In this document: positions 1 through 11,799 of the stretch, piece by piece
Layout of the letters: every line of letters begins with the position of its first letter
How positions within the stretch are numbered: position 1 is the first letter of the stretch
Source: Isurus oxyrinchus
Lineage: Eukaryota
Direction: 5' to 3'
Assembly (NCBI GenBank): GCA_026770705.1
Contig: JANJGN010000034.1
Coordinates: 11,284,001 to 11,348,000, forward strand
DNA length: 64,000 nt
Made by a program: the position numbers and the translations under genes
Notes under the pieces: model-generated
The model's database searches: none
Told to the model about the DNA's origin: nothing
What the model saw: only the letters and a program-made list of their open reading frames with translations

Positions 1-915
1 AGAAATTTGTATGACTAATGATAAACTTTTTAACGAGGGAAAAGACTGCTGATCCCAGAAGCATATAATACCAGTAATACTTCTATTACTTAAAGATTTC
101 AAATACTATTAACAACAACACAAAAAACCTTAAGCACACAAGATTAAAGTTGCAGAGTTAAAACAGTTTTACAAAACATCCTTTTTTCCACCACCCCCAA
201 AAGCACCCGCTTCGTCAGAACACTCAAGTGAACTCCTTGGCAACAGCTCCCATATAGATTTAAACTATTAAAATCCTTTGCTATTACCCAATCCATAAAC
301 AGCTGTCATGTTAGTAAAGGGACATGACAAGACTTCTCAATCTCTTCCATTGCTGGGAAATCCAATAATGTTCAGGAAACAAACTGTTGTCTGAGATAAA
401 GACTTTTCTGGTCCCACTGGCTGATTGTTTCAGGTTTCACAGCTTTTCTCAGCAGAGTTGGTCTCAGGGCTTACACCCAACAAACCCTTCCCCATACACA
501 TAGCCACGACTACTCATCTAAACATGTTTCCTTAAATATCTTATTTTTACCTTTCATCTTAGCTCTCATTGTTCTCAAAGGCCTCTTTGAACTCATTTTT
601 TTCCAAACTATGAAAATTTTTCATGTTTACCTATTGCCTCTACTTTCGTGTCAAATATAATTGAGTAGTTTACCCTTGTTTGCTTATGAACTCTTTGTAA
701 ACTGTTAAAGTCCCTTTTCACTTCTTTGAAATCCAACAGCTGATAAGTCAAGACGCGATGTATCTCATAATGCAAATTGTAAATCCACTTCACTAGCGTA
801 TTCAAATGTGAGACATGTCCTGCTGGTTTCTCAAGTCCCAGTTCACTTTCCTGTAACGACATAGCGTCAACATCCACATTTCTACACCGCACATTTACCT
901 GGATGATACCATGGA
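1..915 (-). mobile_element. Copy 1 of the Gypsy remnant, with ~0.8 kb internal deletion
   Basis: 1-794 matches 40472-41265; 799 onward matches 42065 onward. Confidence 0.7.
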
Positions 916-3904
916 ATAAATGGTTGAATTATGGAGATAATGTGATCTTCCATTTCATGAGATTTGGAAGCTGGTGAAAGATCTGAATGAGAAGTTTAAT
1001 GTGTTAAGCGGATTCCCTGCACGGAGAATCAAGGTTACCAAGACATAGTCTAAATTTTGAACTTGTTTCGAGGGCGTTGTTCATATGTGGCTCATCGCTA
1101 GTGCATCAGAAGCTATTAATGGTCTTCGAATTAAAGCACTGAGTTGAACAACAGAGCAGAGGTGTGGCTGGAGGCCATAATGTTTCACCGTCATAGGCTG
1201 CAGGAGGCTTAGAGGGAAGGGCTCAGTGATCAAAGTAACAAAGTGAGACATCTGAAAATGATTACAGCATTGGTATTGCTCTGTCAGACAGGAAATCCAG
1301 CTTCCAGAAAGAGAGACAGTGAGGGATGATGCGAAAATGAATGGTGCTTATCATTACTTTCTAGAGTGATCCGAGAGTAATTCGGCAGCTTCGGTGTGGG
1401 AATGTGATGCTTGATGTATCCCACTAAGATTTGGTTAAGTATAGCTCACCCAGTTGTGTGCAGAAACAATAATGGCAATTCCCTGATGAAATAGAGACAG
1501 GTGTCATTGCAAGGGGGACAACCCGAATTAGAAACAGCAAAGTTATTCCTGGAAACAGTAGATTAAACCTGTGGATAAGTTATTGGTTGAATACATTGCC
1601 AACTGCAGATGTTTCACGATGAATTGAAAGGAAGAGGTCAGCCAGCTGACACATTGAAAGCAGCTTCGTCAATGAAAAGCAGACAGATTTTTTTTTGTTT
1701 CCAGAGGAAATCAATAAGGGAAGTGGGGAGCAATTTGTAAGTGTGTGATGAAGACAATCGACGTCGGGAATCCAGTTCATAGGTGGCACTGTATATCAAT
1801 AGCAAGAATTATGTGAAGGGAGTGGTTTACTGATCTCAGAATGGGACTGACATCAGAGAAGGGAAGCCAAACTGAGCTTAGATGCAGACTCAAATCATAA
1901 ACGCAAGCAATCGCTCATTAGAGATTGGGAAACGATACTTAATGGTGCATTATGCTGGTGGCAGTTTAAAAATATATATAAAGGAGACGGAGCGAAATCT
2001 ACTGTAACAGCATGTTCATGGATTTGTTGTCCTCCTGCTGTAGCGAATCGCGAGCCAACAATGCCCTGGAAGTCAGCAAGAAGGTTACCGTCTGTGGAAG
2101 CAAAATGGAAATAATTTTGATTCTAAGCATGTACAAGCAATATTTGATGAAATGCCTTACTGTCGGGAAATAGCATCACTTTATTATTTTTTCGTAGCAG
2201 CAGTCTAAGCTGCTGCAAGGGTGAAATGTATCGATGATACATAATATTATATAACCCACCAGAATCCACTGGAAAACAAGATATGATGTGTGTCCAGAAA
2301 ATATAATTACTTGAATGCTGGAAATTGGTAACAATTGGATTTGTTTCTTGAGCAATGCACATTTGGAGTTCATGCCTGATAGAGGATTATTCAATGTTAT
2401 TTTAAACCATGTGTATGAAAATTGTTCTCCAATGATGTTGCTCAGGTGCGGATTCGTTGGCATAACAATAGAGTCTAGGGACAGTGCATGACAGGAACCG
2501 GTTTGCACAAACACAGGTACAGTTTACACCATGGGTTGCAGGTTAATCAGGAGCATAAATATTGAATTTCCTACTCTCCCCATCTTCAATGTCAGATACA
2601 TGGTAGAGCTGCTGTCATGCCAGTAACAACATGTCATATTTTCAAACTTCCGAATATGATATTTATTCAGTGTGGAATCGTTTGGAACTGCACTTTCTTT
2701 CCAAGATGGTCAATATGTCCTGCAGAGGTTGGCCGCCAAAGCTCAGCAGGCCTGATAAGTGGATTCAGAAACTGCCACGCTATCTCGTGATGCCAAAACG
2801 ATAAAGTCCAGACTAGGAGATTTCACCCACCTACACCCTAAGACCATCGGAAGGACATTTTGAATTAAATTTGCCTTTATTAAATAAAGTCAGCGATGGC
2901 ATCAACCCTTCTCATGATGAATGTCTTCCAACAAGAAACCAGGTTATGGATAATTAAACCAACACCATATTTGATAAGGGGAGCTGTGAGAAGTCAAATG
3001 TTGGGTAGACATGTCTGCTCTGGCGTCATCTTTAAGTATTGTGTGCTGAGCTACAGGATCAGCAGAAAGGGCAGGACCATAATGTCTGCAGACTGTAAAA
3101 CTATAAGGTCTTCAAGCCTGTTCCTTTTCAGGAACACCAACACTGAAAACTGATGTTCTGGTAAAGAGACTAGAAGCAACTACCTTCGTGCCCTGAAAAC
3201 AGTCAATCTCTTCGATAGAATCCTGATAACTACCTCAGCACGTGACTCCGGCTGTTGAACTTAGTTTCAGAGCCTGAGGAGAATATACTTCATCTGATGT
3301 TTTAAAATGTACATTGTTCATCGTCATGACCACGGATCATGGAACTAAATTACTTACGACATGTTGAAATTTTCAGCAACACTTGATTTTTTTTAATGGA
3401 CCCACAAACATAAATTGGCTAGTACTGTAATGCCACCATTTGCCGGAAAATTCCGATGTGGATTGCACTTGTACAAATAGTCCAAAAGACAGAATATTGC
3501 ACCTAATCAATGTTTTCCAGAATAGGGCAGTCACGTCAATCATGAATTAATCATTTTCTTTACAACTTTTAAAAGAGCACTAGGCACTTCAATTGCACAT
3601 TCTCTGAGTGCATATTTGCATGTAAATGTGTGAGTAAAGGCTATAATGTTAGATTGAGCGTGAAAATAAGCAATTATCTTTATTTAAACGCACAATCAGG
3701 AGGCTACCGGTTATTCAACTTGTCCACACTTTCAAGGGATAATAAACACGTGTCTTTCCTTCAAAATTTTACTGATTACAGACAACTGGGAAGGGAGCAG
3801 AGATTTCCCTGCTTCTCTCGGTCACACTGTCCGTAACAGCCTCCGCCCACATCCCACCAGCTCATGTCATGCTTCCCAAGGCGCGGGACAAATTGAAGCT
3901 AACT

Positions 3905-3947
3905 TCACCCATATCTTTGGTGTTCATTACGTGGCATGGGCTTATCA
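3905..3947 (-). CDS. Candidate terminal coding exon (S)DKPMPRNEHQRYG*
   Basis: ctcttgattccag| acceptor read in phase 2, stop at 3905-3907, AATAAA on minus strand at 3679-3684. Other acceptors cannot be excluded. Confidence 0.4.
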
Positions 3948-4680
3948 CTGGAATCAAGAGTGATCACGAATCTGGAGCATTAATACTGTTACCTTAAATC
4001 AGCTTTCTCAGTTTGTGCTTTGTTTGCATTTTGCAAGGGAGTCTTAAGTTTTTGGCCCAGAGCAACAACATTTTACATAACTAGCCAAAGATAAACACTC
4101 AGTTCACAATATAATCAAACTACAGGTGTTATTCTCAACTGCACACCCCGATTTCAACATCCTCAGTGGCAAGTGTTTAAACTGGACTCACGAGATAGGG
4201 TCATTTGTGAGCCAGCAGAGAAAACAATTGCCATAAAATTATTATTATTTTGTTGTAAAGCCTGACTAGTTCAGTAATGCCCTTAGTGGCAAATAGCATT
4301 TCACGCCATTCACTCTATATCAAGTTATAAGTTTTGGCAACCACTGAATACTATGAGGACACCTGGAGATCACAATTGAACACTGCCTTGTCATGTGATA
4401 TTCCTGCCTTGTGAAGAAATGAGGAGACATGACGCTGTGGATACTGAAAGGAAGGCTCCCCTTTGAGGGAGAAAGTGGATCAATGAGACAGAGTTTTAAA
4501 ATAAGGGTCATAATCAGTGCAGCCACGAACTTATTAAATAGTGGAGGAGATTTGAAGGAGCCGAATGGATTTCTCAGGCTCCTGATTCGTCTGCACGTTT
4601 GTTCTTAAATGGAAAATCCTACATTCCGTTTGCTTTTTTAAAAGATGGCAGATGACGTGTGAAATGTTCTTTCAACATAC

Positions 4681-4724
4681 CTCATCAATTCACTGTAAAC
4701 CGACCGATCGTGCACTTGTAATCC
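4681..4724 (-). CDS. Gene A cytoplasmic exon 4 GLQVHDRSVYSELM (second ITAM tyrosine)
   Basis: ttttaacag| ... AG|GTATGT, 44 nt, phase 0-2; completes YMGL-x7-YSEL. Confidence 0.85.
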
Positions 4725-4854
4725 CTGTTAAAATTAATAATATATTTGTTTTTTTAGTGAACAACAATAGAGTGCGTTAAAAGAGAACTGAGGTGAAATA
4801 TAGGATAAATAGTCAGTGAATGAAATAAAAGAATGCACAAAAAAATATCCTGAC

Positions 4855-4896
4855 CATATAAGTAGAGTCTTCCTCAAGTGGTTTTGTAGCTTGCTC
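4855..4896 (-). CDS. Gene A cytoplasmic exon 3 EQATKPLEEDSTYM (first ITAM tyrosine)
   Basis: tttttacag| ... ATG|GTCAGG, 42 nt, phase 0-0. Confidence 0.85.
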
Positions 4897-5372
4897 CTGT
4901 AAAAATGCAATTTGAAAAACGATGTATAAGCAGGTACACAAGAAATCCATGTGATTACTTCATAATTTAGAACGATTAGAATGTCATATATCCCACAATA
5001 AAAGTTATACCAATTTCCCTAAAATAACTAGCCCCAAATTAAATTTCAGGGGTGAATGTTCATTACTAGCACGTGGTGAAAGAGGAGCAACAGCGCACAG
5101 AATATTCATTTCACTCAGCACTCGGTTATCATGACTGTGGTAAAATTGAAAATTGACGCCAATATTCCATGCTGCAACAGAAGCATTGTTTGATAATCTT
5201 ATAAAAACAGGAACCAGTCCACTAACCGAGTAAGGCAAAGAACACCGAAACCCCTACCCTAGTCTAACTTATTGCCAAATCGAGTTTACTCCGACTGCAT
5301 GAACATTGATATTGTTATCCTCACTGGAATGAACTCGCCAATGTGACCATGTTTTAATACAATTGTACCAAC

Positions 5373-5437
5373 CTTTTGTTTTCTTGGAATATTTTCGTAG
5401 GCTGATGCTGAATTCTCCCCTATTGCAGCAGGGCTGC
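5373..5437 (-). CDS. Gene A cytoplasmic exon 2 SPAAIGENSASAYENIPRKQK (YEN motif)
   Basis: ttctcacag| ... AAG|GTTGGT, 65 nt, phase 1-0. Confidence 0.85.
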
Positions 5438-6808
5438 CTGTGAGAATGCAAAACAGTTAATCACATCTCCACATATAATCACAGAATCATACAATGACAG
5501 AGCACAATCGGAGGTCCTTTAGCCCACCATGCCAGTATCAGCTCTTTGAAGGTGAAATACAATTAATCCCATTCCTCAAACATTTTCGTACACCCTTGTA
5601 AGTTTCCTTAACGTACATATCCAATGTCCTTGTCCAACTGATATTCAATATGATTCCAACAAATGTTTATGTTATGCAACCCGATCATAGCAATTCGCTG
5701 CCTAAATAAAAATTTACACCTCACGCAGCCGTCTTTTTGGGAACTAGATTTCATTTTTACCACCTATGGCTGCTTACAGTTTCTCCTAATTTCCTCTATC
5801 ACGATATTTCCCGATTTTGAACACCTCTGTAAAATCTCCCATCAGCCTCCCTGCTGTAAGGAGAATAAGCCGAGCTACTCCCATTCCTCCACGGAGCTAC
5901 TTCTGTAAATCTGCAGTACACTCTCCTCAAGACAGTAACATTAGTCCTGAATCATTGCACCATGTACATGCCAATAGAGTGAGAACGGTTGCTTCATGTT
6001 CTGAGGAATTGCAGCTTTTGTTTCTTAGTTTTCTCTTTCTGTTTACTGGGGTGGACTCCGTTCGTGCTAATTTAATGATTACTTGAGTTGTAGGGTCAAT
6101 TTTACGAACTAAGGGTACACTTGGAACAGCCGTAATCAAGGAATGAAAATTGGTGGGAATCTAGTTCTACGTTTTTCAATATAACGCAGAAGAGATATCA
6201 AATCGGCTGCTGGTTCGCCATCATCTATTCTACATTAGAGAGATGGGCGCAATTGTCCTAGGTATTTCATCATGTGGGTGTTCCTGAAGCTGACAGATTC
6301 ACACTTTGAGCACCCAAGTAGCAGAAAACACAATGGTTAGTTCCAGGCAAAACCTTTGTCTCACCGTCAGCTCTGTATGTGCACACAAATCTATTCGGTT
6401 TTGAACTTTCACGAGGAATGTACAACTCACTGTAAAATGAAGCTTTCACATGAAAATAGATACAGAAGCATATATTGGATGTTATTGGTGTCAACGTATT
6501 TTCAGTCAGATATAATTTGCATGAACGATTGCTTCTTTTCACCATTCACAAGTTAGTGAAACCTATATTAAACAGAATGTTGAGCGATAGACATGTTGAT
6601 CCGAACTTCTTTTAAAATAGCATTTAGCTGTTAGGCAATTGTGCGTAAAAGTGCTCAACAAGAACAAGTTTATCTACATTGATGTGCAAACTTAAAGATT
6701 CATAAATCTGCCCGATGTATGCTTATTTGAATGAACTTCAACTCATAAAGCACTATTGACCCCTGCAACCATACATTCAACATGGAAATGCTAAAGTATT
6801 TCACTTAC

Positions 6809-6864
6809 TATTTTCTGTTGGACTAATGTTCGTTGCAATTTGCCCTTGCGTTGGTTGTTGCATC
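6809..6864 (-). CDS. Gene A cytoplasmic exon 1 MQQPTQGQIATNISPTEN
   Basis: tttctttag| ... |GTAAGT, 56 nt, phase 2-1, joins TM exon and Cyt2 in frame. Confidence 0.85.
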
Positions 6865-7029
6865 CTAAAGAAATGTAGTGCAACATAATAAAATAAACAT
6901 TTTCAGGACGATATAATATTGCAATCATGATCTGCAACAGAAATCCTATTTGATAATGTCTTATTATTAGTGAAAAATATTTTCCTAACTGGAAGGAACA
7001 AATTTCATCATGCTGGGCAACATCGACAT

Positions 7030-7165
7030 TATTTTATTCTTTTATGGGACGTGGGCGTCGTTAGCTGAGCCAGCATTTTTTATTGCCTATCCCTAATTGC
7101 CCTTGAGAAGACGGTTGTGAGCCGTCTTCCTGTGCCGCTGCTGTCCATATGGCGTAGGAGCACCT
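7030..7165 (-). mobile_element. CR1/SINE 3-prime tail fragment in the TM-Cyt1 intron
   Basis: gccagcattttttattgcctatccctaattgcccttgag tail motif. Confidence 0.75.
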
Positions 7166-7448
7166 AAAACAGTTTGAGTATTTGGAAGATGCAAAACTAA
7201 GGAACTGCATCAGCAACAGTAGTGGAGCGTTATCATACAAGAGTGGGGAACTAACAGTAGGTGATTTTTGTCAATCAGAAATATAAACGATTATTATTGA
7301 CTGTGTAAACCTGACTTATAAGTATATAGACTTGGACAGAGACATAAACATATTTTGAAACAACCTTTCGCGCATTTCCTTTGATTCAATTCATCAGGCT
7401 ACAGACAAACTACTAAAGGTGCAGATAACATTTACATAGACTATTTAC

Positions 7449-7572
7449 CAGCATACTTTCTTTTTGATCAGCCACGCGCTTATCCCGCTGATCATTCCCA
7501 GAATAAGTAGAACAACAATCACGATGCCTGCTTTGTGACCACTGCCTAATTCAGTGGTGGAGGAATGTTGTC
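7449..7572 (-). CDS. Gene A transmembrane exon QHSSTTELGSGHKAGIVIVVLLILGMISGISAWLIKKKVC(W)
   Basis: Acceptor gcattttcag|, donor |GTAAAT, 124 nt open, phase 1-2; ~22-aa hydrophobic segment with AGIVI motif followed by KKK. Confidence 0.9.
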
Positions 7573-8100
7573 CTGAAAATGCAATAAGAACAGATATTGA
7601 AATTAATATCAAATGCCGGAATCAATTAAACTCCTGTAGCAATGGGCCGGAATTTAAACACATTTTGCCATAGCGCTTGATTGCTGCTAAATTTCAACAT
7701 TCCAAGGAATAAAAATGGCCATCACAGTGTTCCTTCGAGCCAATGTGACACGTCATTTAAATACAAGCCTCTGCAGCTGCAAGGACAACCAGGTAATTCA
7801 GTTTTATGCTCTTGATCTCAAAATATTTTAAAAATTTCTCTCTACAGCTCTTAATGGGCCAATCAAGTCCTGAGCATCAAGGAATGCAATCCTGACTGTT
7901 GGCCGTGTTGTCTTCCAATTTTTCAGGAAGCGTTTCGTTTGATTCCCAAAAATATTAATTCCTTTCCTCAACTGAAGCCTACATTTCACATCTTGTCAAC
8001 TTCCATTTTCTTGTGCCTTGAAACCAGGTGGATTTCCCTTGGCAATCCCCTTCTGTTTCTCATCTACCTCATGCATCAGTGGCAACATGCCAAAATATAT

Positions 8101-8329
8101 AGCTAAATTTTATGGGGCGCTGTGGTCCCCATACCCAGGAGTGAATAAATCGGGAACCAGCCAATCCGCACTTCTGGCCCCTGCATGGAAATTCCTATGC
8201 CGAGCAGACAATTGAGGGATAAGAGCGGCGTTGGGGTGGGAGAGGGGCTGAAGTGGACAAGCCACTGTCGGGAGAGGAACAGGGAGACGGAAGACCTGCC
8301 GGTCCCGCCAACGCGCTATAAAATTGGCC
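8101..8329. mobile_element. Probable MITE with imperfect terminal inverted repeats
   Basis: agctaaattttatggggcg ... cgcgctataaaattggcc flank a GC-rich core. Confidence 0.45.
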
Positions 8330-8955
8330 ACATCTACATTCTTGAAAACAGGGTGCTAGTCATTTGCCCATCGTCAAAATGGATGCAGAAACTGGCTGCA
8401 TTAAATCTATTCCTCAGGGAAATGTTCACTGTGTAATGGACAAAGTCTCAATGGGCCAAACTCCGCCACTTTAGGACGAGGAAAGTGTGCTTTCTAACTC
8501 AAGTTACCCGGGAAAGGCAACATTTCTCAAAACTTTGACAATCCGGAAAAGCAAGCCGTTCCCGCTGCTACCATGCAGTGCCTCCGTGAATGGTACTTTC
8601 CACTAACAAGATGCTGCCTCAGCCCAAAAAGAATGCTCTGCCTATCACACAACTGAGCACCGCCATGCATCAATTGCAGTGCCGTTGTGATGCCATCTGA
8701 ATAAACCGTATGTCCCAGTGATTGGCTGATCGAATCAAGGAGCGTGTTATATTGGTTGTGCATAAGAGTGTTAAACGTTAAAAACAATGGTAAAAGTAGA
8801 GCCTAGGGAACAGATACTGGTATCTTGAAGCAGCATAACCTAATATGGCCAAACTGAAACCTAAATATAATTTTGATATGCACAGTACGTCTTTAATCTG
8901 GAAAACTGTAATAGCAATGCTTTTTATTCCGACGATGCATTTGGCAACAACTCAC

Positions 8956-9021
8956 TTTGCACATCCTCTTGTGTGTTGAGTTTCTCTGGGCCACTGACTA
9001 AATCCAAGTGACCCTGTCCTC
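8956..9021 (-). CDS. Gene A probable stalk exon GQGHLDLVSGPEKLNTQEDVQ (phase 1-1)
   Basis: Donor A|GTGAGT; acceptor is canonical in copy 2 (ctcctttag) but AG is changed to TG here, with an in-frame AG 3 nt downstream. Confidence 0.6.
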
Positions 9022-11029
9022 CAAAAGGAGAGCAGCGCTAACACAGAACAACTGAACCCACAAATGATAACGTGTATGGCGGTAAAGTGGCATTAGTGTA
9101 GCAGAATTGAGTTCCCACAGCTATATACATTCTTACAGCAATGAGTGGCTCTCCCTCTTTAGTGTACTGGAGACCGACAATCTATAGGCAAGCGAGGGAA
9201 TTCATGCCTTTGATGATTAAGACTACAGCCCTATATCTGCGAAATGCTGAGTCAAGCACAGTGGTTTGCTTATTGAAGCCACGCTCTAATTGCACCAAGC
9301 AAAGAAAGGGGGAAAACAGCCCAGTAATAATTATTTTTATATATATATTTGGTCACTCAAAGATCAAACGTAAGATTTTTCCCACAAGAAAATCAGCGCT
9401 TCTAATTTGAGGAGAAATATTTGTCGAAGCATGTCAGAAATAGTTATTTTTAAAATAGCATTGGTGTATGTAATTGGGAAATCATTGCATGAGCAAAATT
9501 TATTTCTATTTTTGCTTCGCAGTCTTCAAACTGAGCCTGTTACTGCATAAATAACAGATGTTTATGTATTTCGGTAATAAAATGTCAGAGACTCTCCATG
9601 CACATGGAACCCGATTACCGAGTCTCTGCTCATTCTTACAATCTTCAACAGTTCACCTCTTCGCAAAGTTCATATTCAAGTAAATATTAATGATGTCACA
9701 TGCTTTCGGGAAAAAAAACATCTAAGTTTAGCGAAGTCGCGGATTTTCGGCAGCCAAAGCACAATTTAAATAAATTCACAAGTAAACACCAGAATTGTGA
9801 AATTGAACCTGGGAGGGACGTAAACCAGGTAATATTATATATATTTCCAGTTACAAGCCTCGCACTAAATTCAGGTCAATTTAAGTATATGAAATTCATT
9901 ATTGAACGTGGTGAATAACAAGAGAGAAATGCAACACCGCCCAGCATGCATCCTTGTCCGGTCTAATATCCCTCGCTAATTATTGGCGCACAAACATTTT
10001 AGGATAAGTCGATGTCTACATGATAAATATCCGAAATATGAATGCATGTTAACAATTGTGTTTTAGCTTGTTACAGTCTATATCTATTCTGGTTGTGGTT
10101 GACTTGCAGTAACACAGCACAAGTCTGAACCATCCCTGCTTAATTCAGTTTTTATTTGTAATAAAAAACTTGCAAATACCAGTCAGCATGAATAGAGAAA
10201 AGATATAATCCTGCATGATCAATCTGGATGAAGCTACTTGTGAAAAACCTTGGAAAGGGCAATGCAGAGCGTTTCTTCGAACTGTAAGCAAGATTTCAGA
10301 AAAGTGTCAGTCAGAAGCAGAAGAGTTAATTACAAGCATCGGGGCTACGGGCCCTGGGTTACCAAAAGAATTAAACAGGCTGCAACGTTCAACAATGTAC
10401 GCTGACATTTTTTGAAACATGCAAGGAAGAAGACAATTCGGCCCAAGGTGCCTTGCAGACTCATTCAACTGTCCATCCAAATTGCCTCACTCCCTTGATC
10501 CTGCTCAAGGTGACCTTAAAATGTATATTCAATTCATTTACGGAAAAATAACATTGCATTTGTTTTCATCACACTAAGACGGAACACTCCAGACTTCTGC
10601 AATTTTCTGCAAAGAAAATGATTCTCATCTCCCCTAGCTGTTTCGCCAATTATCGTAAATCTGCATTGTCAAGTTGCCTATTCTCCAACCAGTTTCCCCT
10701 CATTCACTCTATCAAGCCCGGCATAATTTTGTAACCTCTACTTTACCTCATTCACAGGAAATCCGAAATTCTTTTGAGTGTGCACACCCCTGAAGTTACT
10801 CATCCCATATATCATTCTGTTAAGTGCCCCCTCCTACCTCCACAAAAGATCAGCGTACTTCGCAACGTATGGTGCAGTGAAAGGACATATAAATGTCAAG
10901 TGTAAAGTACTGAATGTAGGAAGACAAAGATAAATGGATGAACATGCCCTGCAAAGTATGTTGGTGCAAAACGATTAGCATCGAATTAGCGTAGTGAATG
11001 CAATAAAGTTGAATTTTCGCAGGAAGAAC

Positions 11030-11570
11030 ACGACAGTAGGTAAAAAATCAAAGGTAAAATTCAAAAGGAGTTTCGGGAGCAGAAAGGCCTGAGGTATATG
11101 TATGCATAAGTCATTGAATATGACAGGATCAGTTGAGTGAGTGGTTAGTAAATATACCTAGGCTTTATTAATGACGGCATTGAGTTATGTTAAACTTGTA
11201 TAGTACACTGGACCTGCCTCAGCTGCAGTATTGCGTCCAATTTGAACGCACTACACTTAAGGAAAGACCTGAAGGCGTTTGAGTGTGTGCAGGTAAGTTT
11301 CAAGAAATGGTTGCAGTGTTGAGAAATTTCAATTATCTTGAAAGTTTCAACAGGTTAGGACTTACAGGGAGAATAGAAGTTGAGAACTGGTTGGATTAGA
11401 GGGAGAAAATCATGGGGCACTGAAAAGCGTAGACCGTGAAAAATGCTCACATTAGTGGAAGGATTGAGGACAAAAGAAGCATCGAAGACATGAGGAAAAA
11501 CTTTGTCAAGCAGCTAGCGGTTGAGATCTGGAATGCTTGACCAGAGATTGGGCGGAGGGAGGTTCAATCG
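11030..11570 (+). mobile_element. Degenerate CR1 LINE fragment (second family)
   Basis: Similarity to CR1 ORF2 C-terminus (LYxTLxxPQLxYCVQF). Related relics at about 4400-4600 (+), 5480-5930 (-), 10440-10900 (-), 30060-30430 (+), 37250-37780. Confidence 0.65.
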
Positions 11571-11799
11571 AGCCACGTGGTAACGACATTGGAATTGTAT
11601 TTCAGAAGCCCAGGCGAACTGTATGACGTAGTGAGTTCAAATTCTACCGTGGCAGCCAGAGAAATTTTAATTCAACAAATAAATTTGTAATTGAAATCTA
11701 GGGTCAGTCATGGTGACTATGAAAGCATCATCAATTTTCTTAAAAACCCATTTGCTTCACTCATTTTTATTCGGGAAGGAAATCTGCAACCCTGCCCTC

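Noticed and set aside
5005-5238. Extra cytoplasmic exon between Cyt2 and Cyt3
   Set aside because: The candidate acceptor has no matching phase-0 reading frame and donor, and Cyt2 joins Cyt3 in frame without it.
4681-7572. Identification as TYROBP (DAP12), FCER1G or CD3
   Set aside because: The TM segment has no acidic residue, the tail is longer, and upstream exons are CEACAM-like Ig domains.
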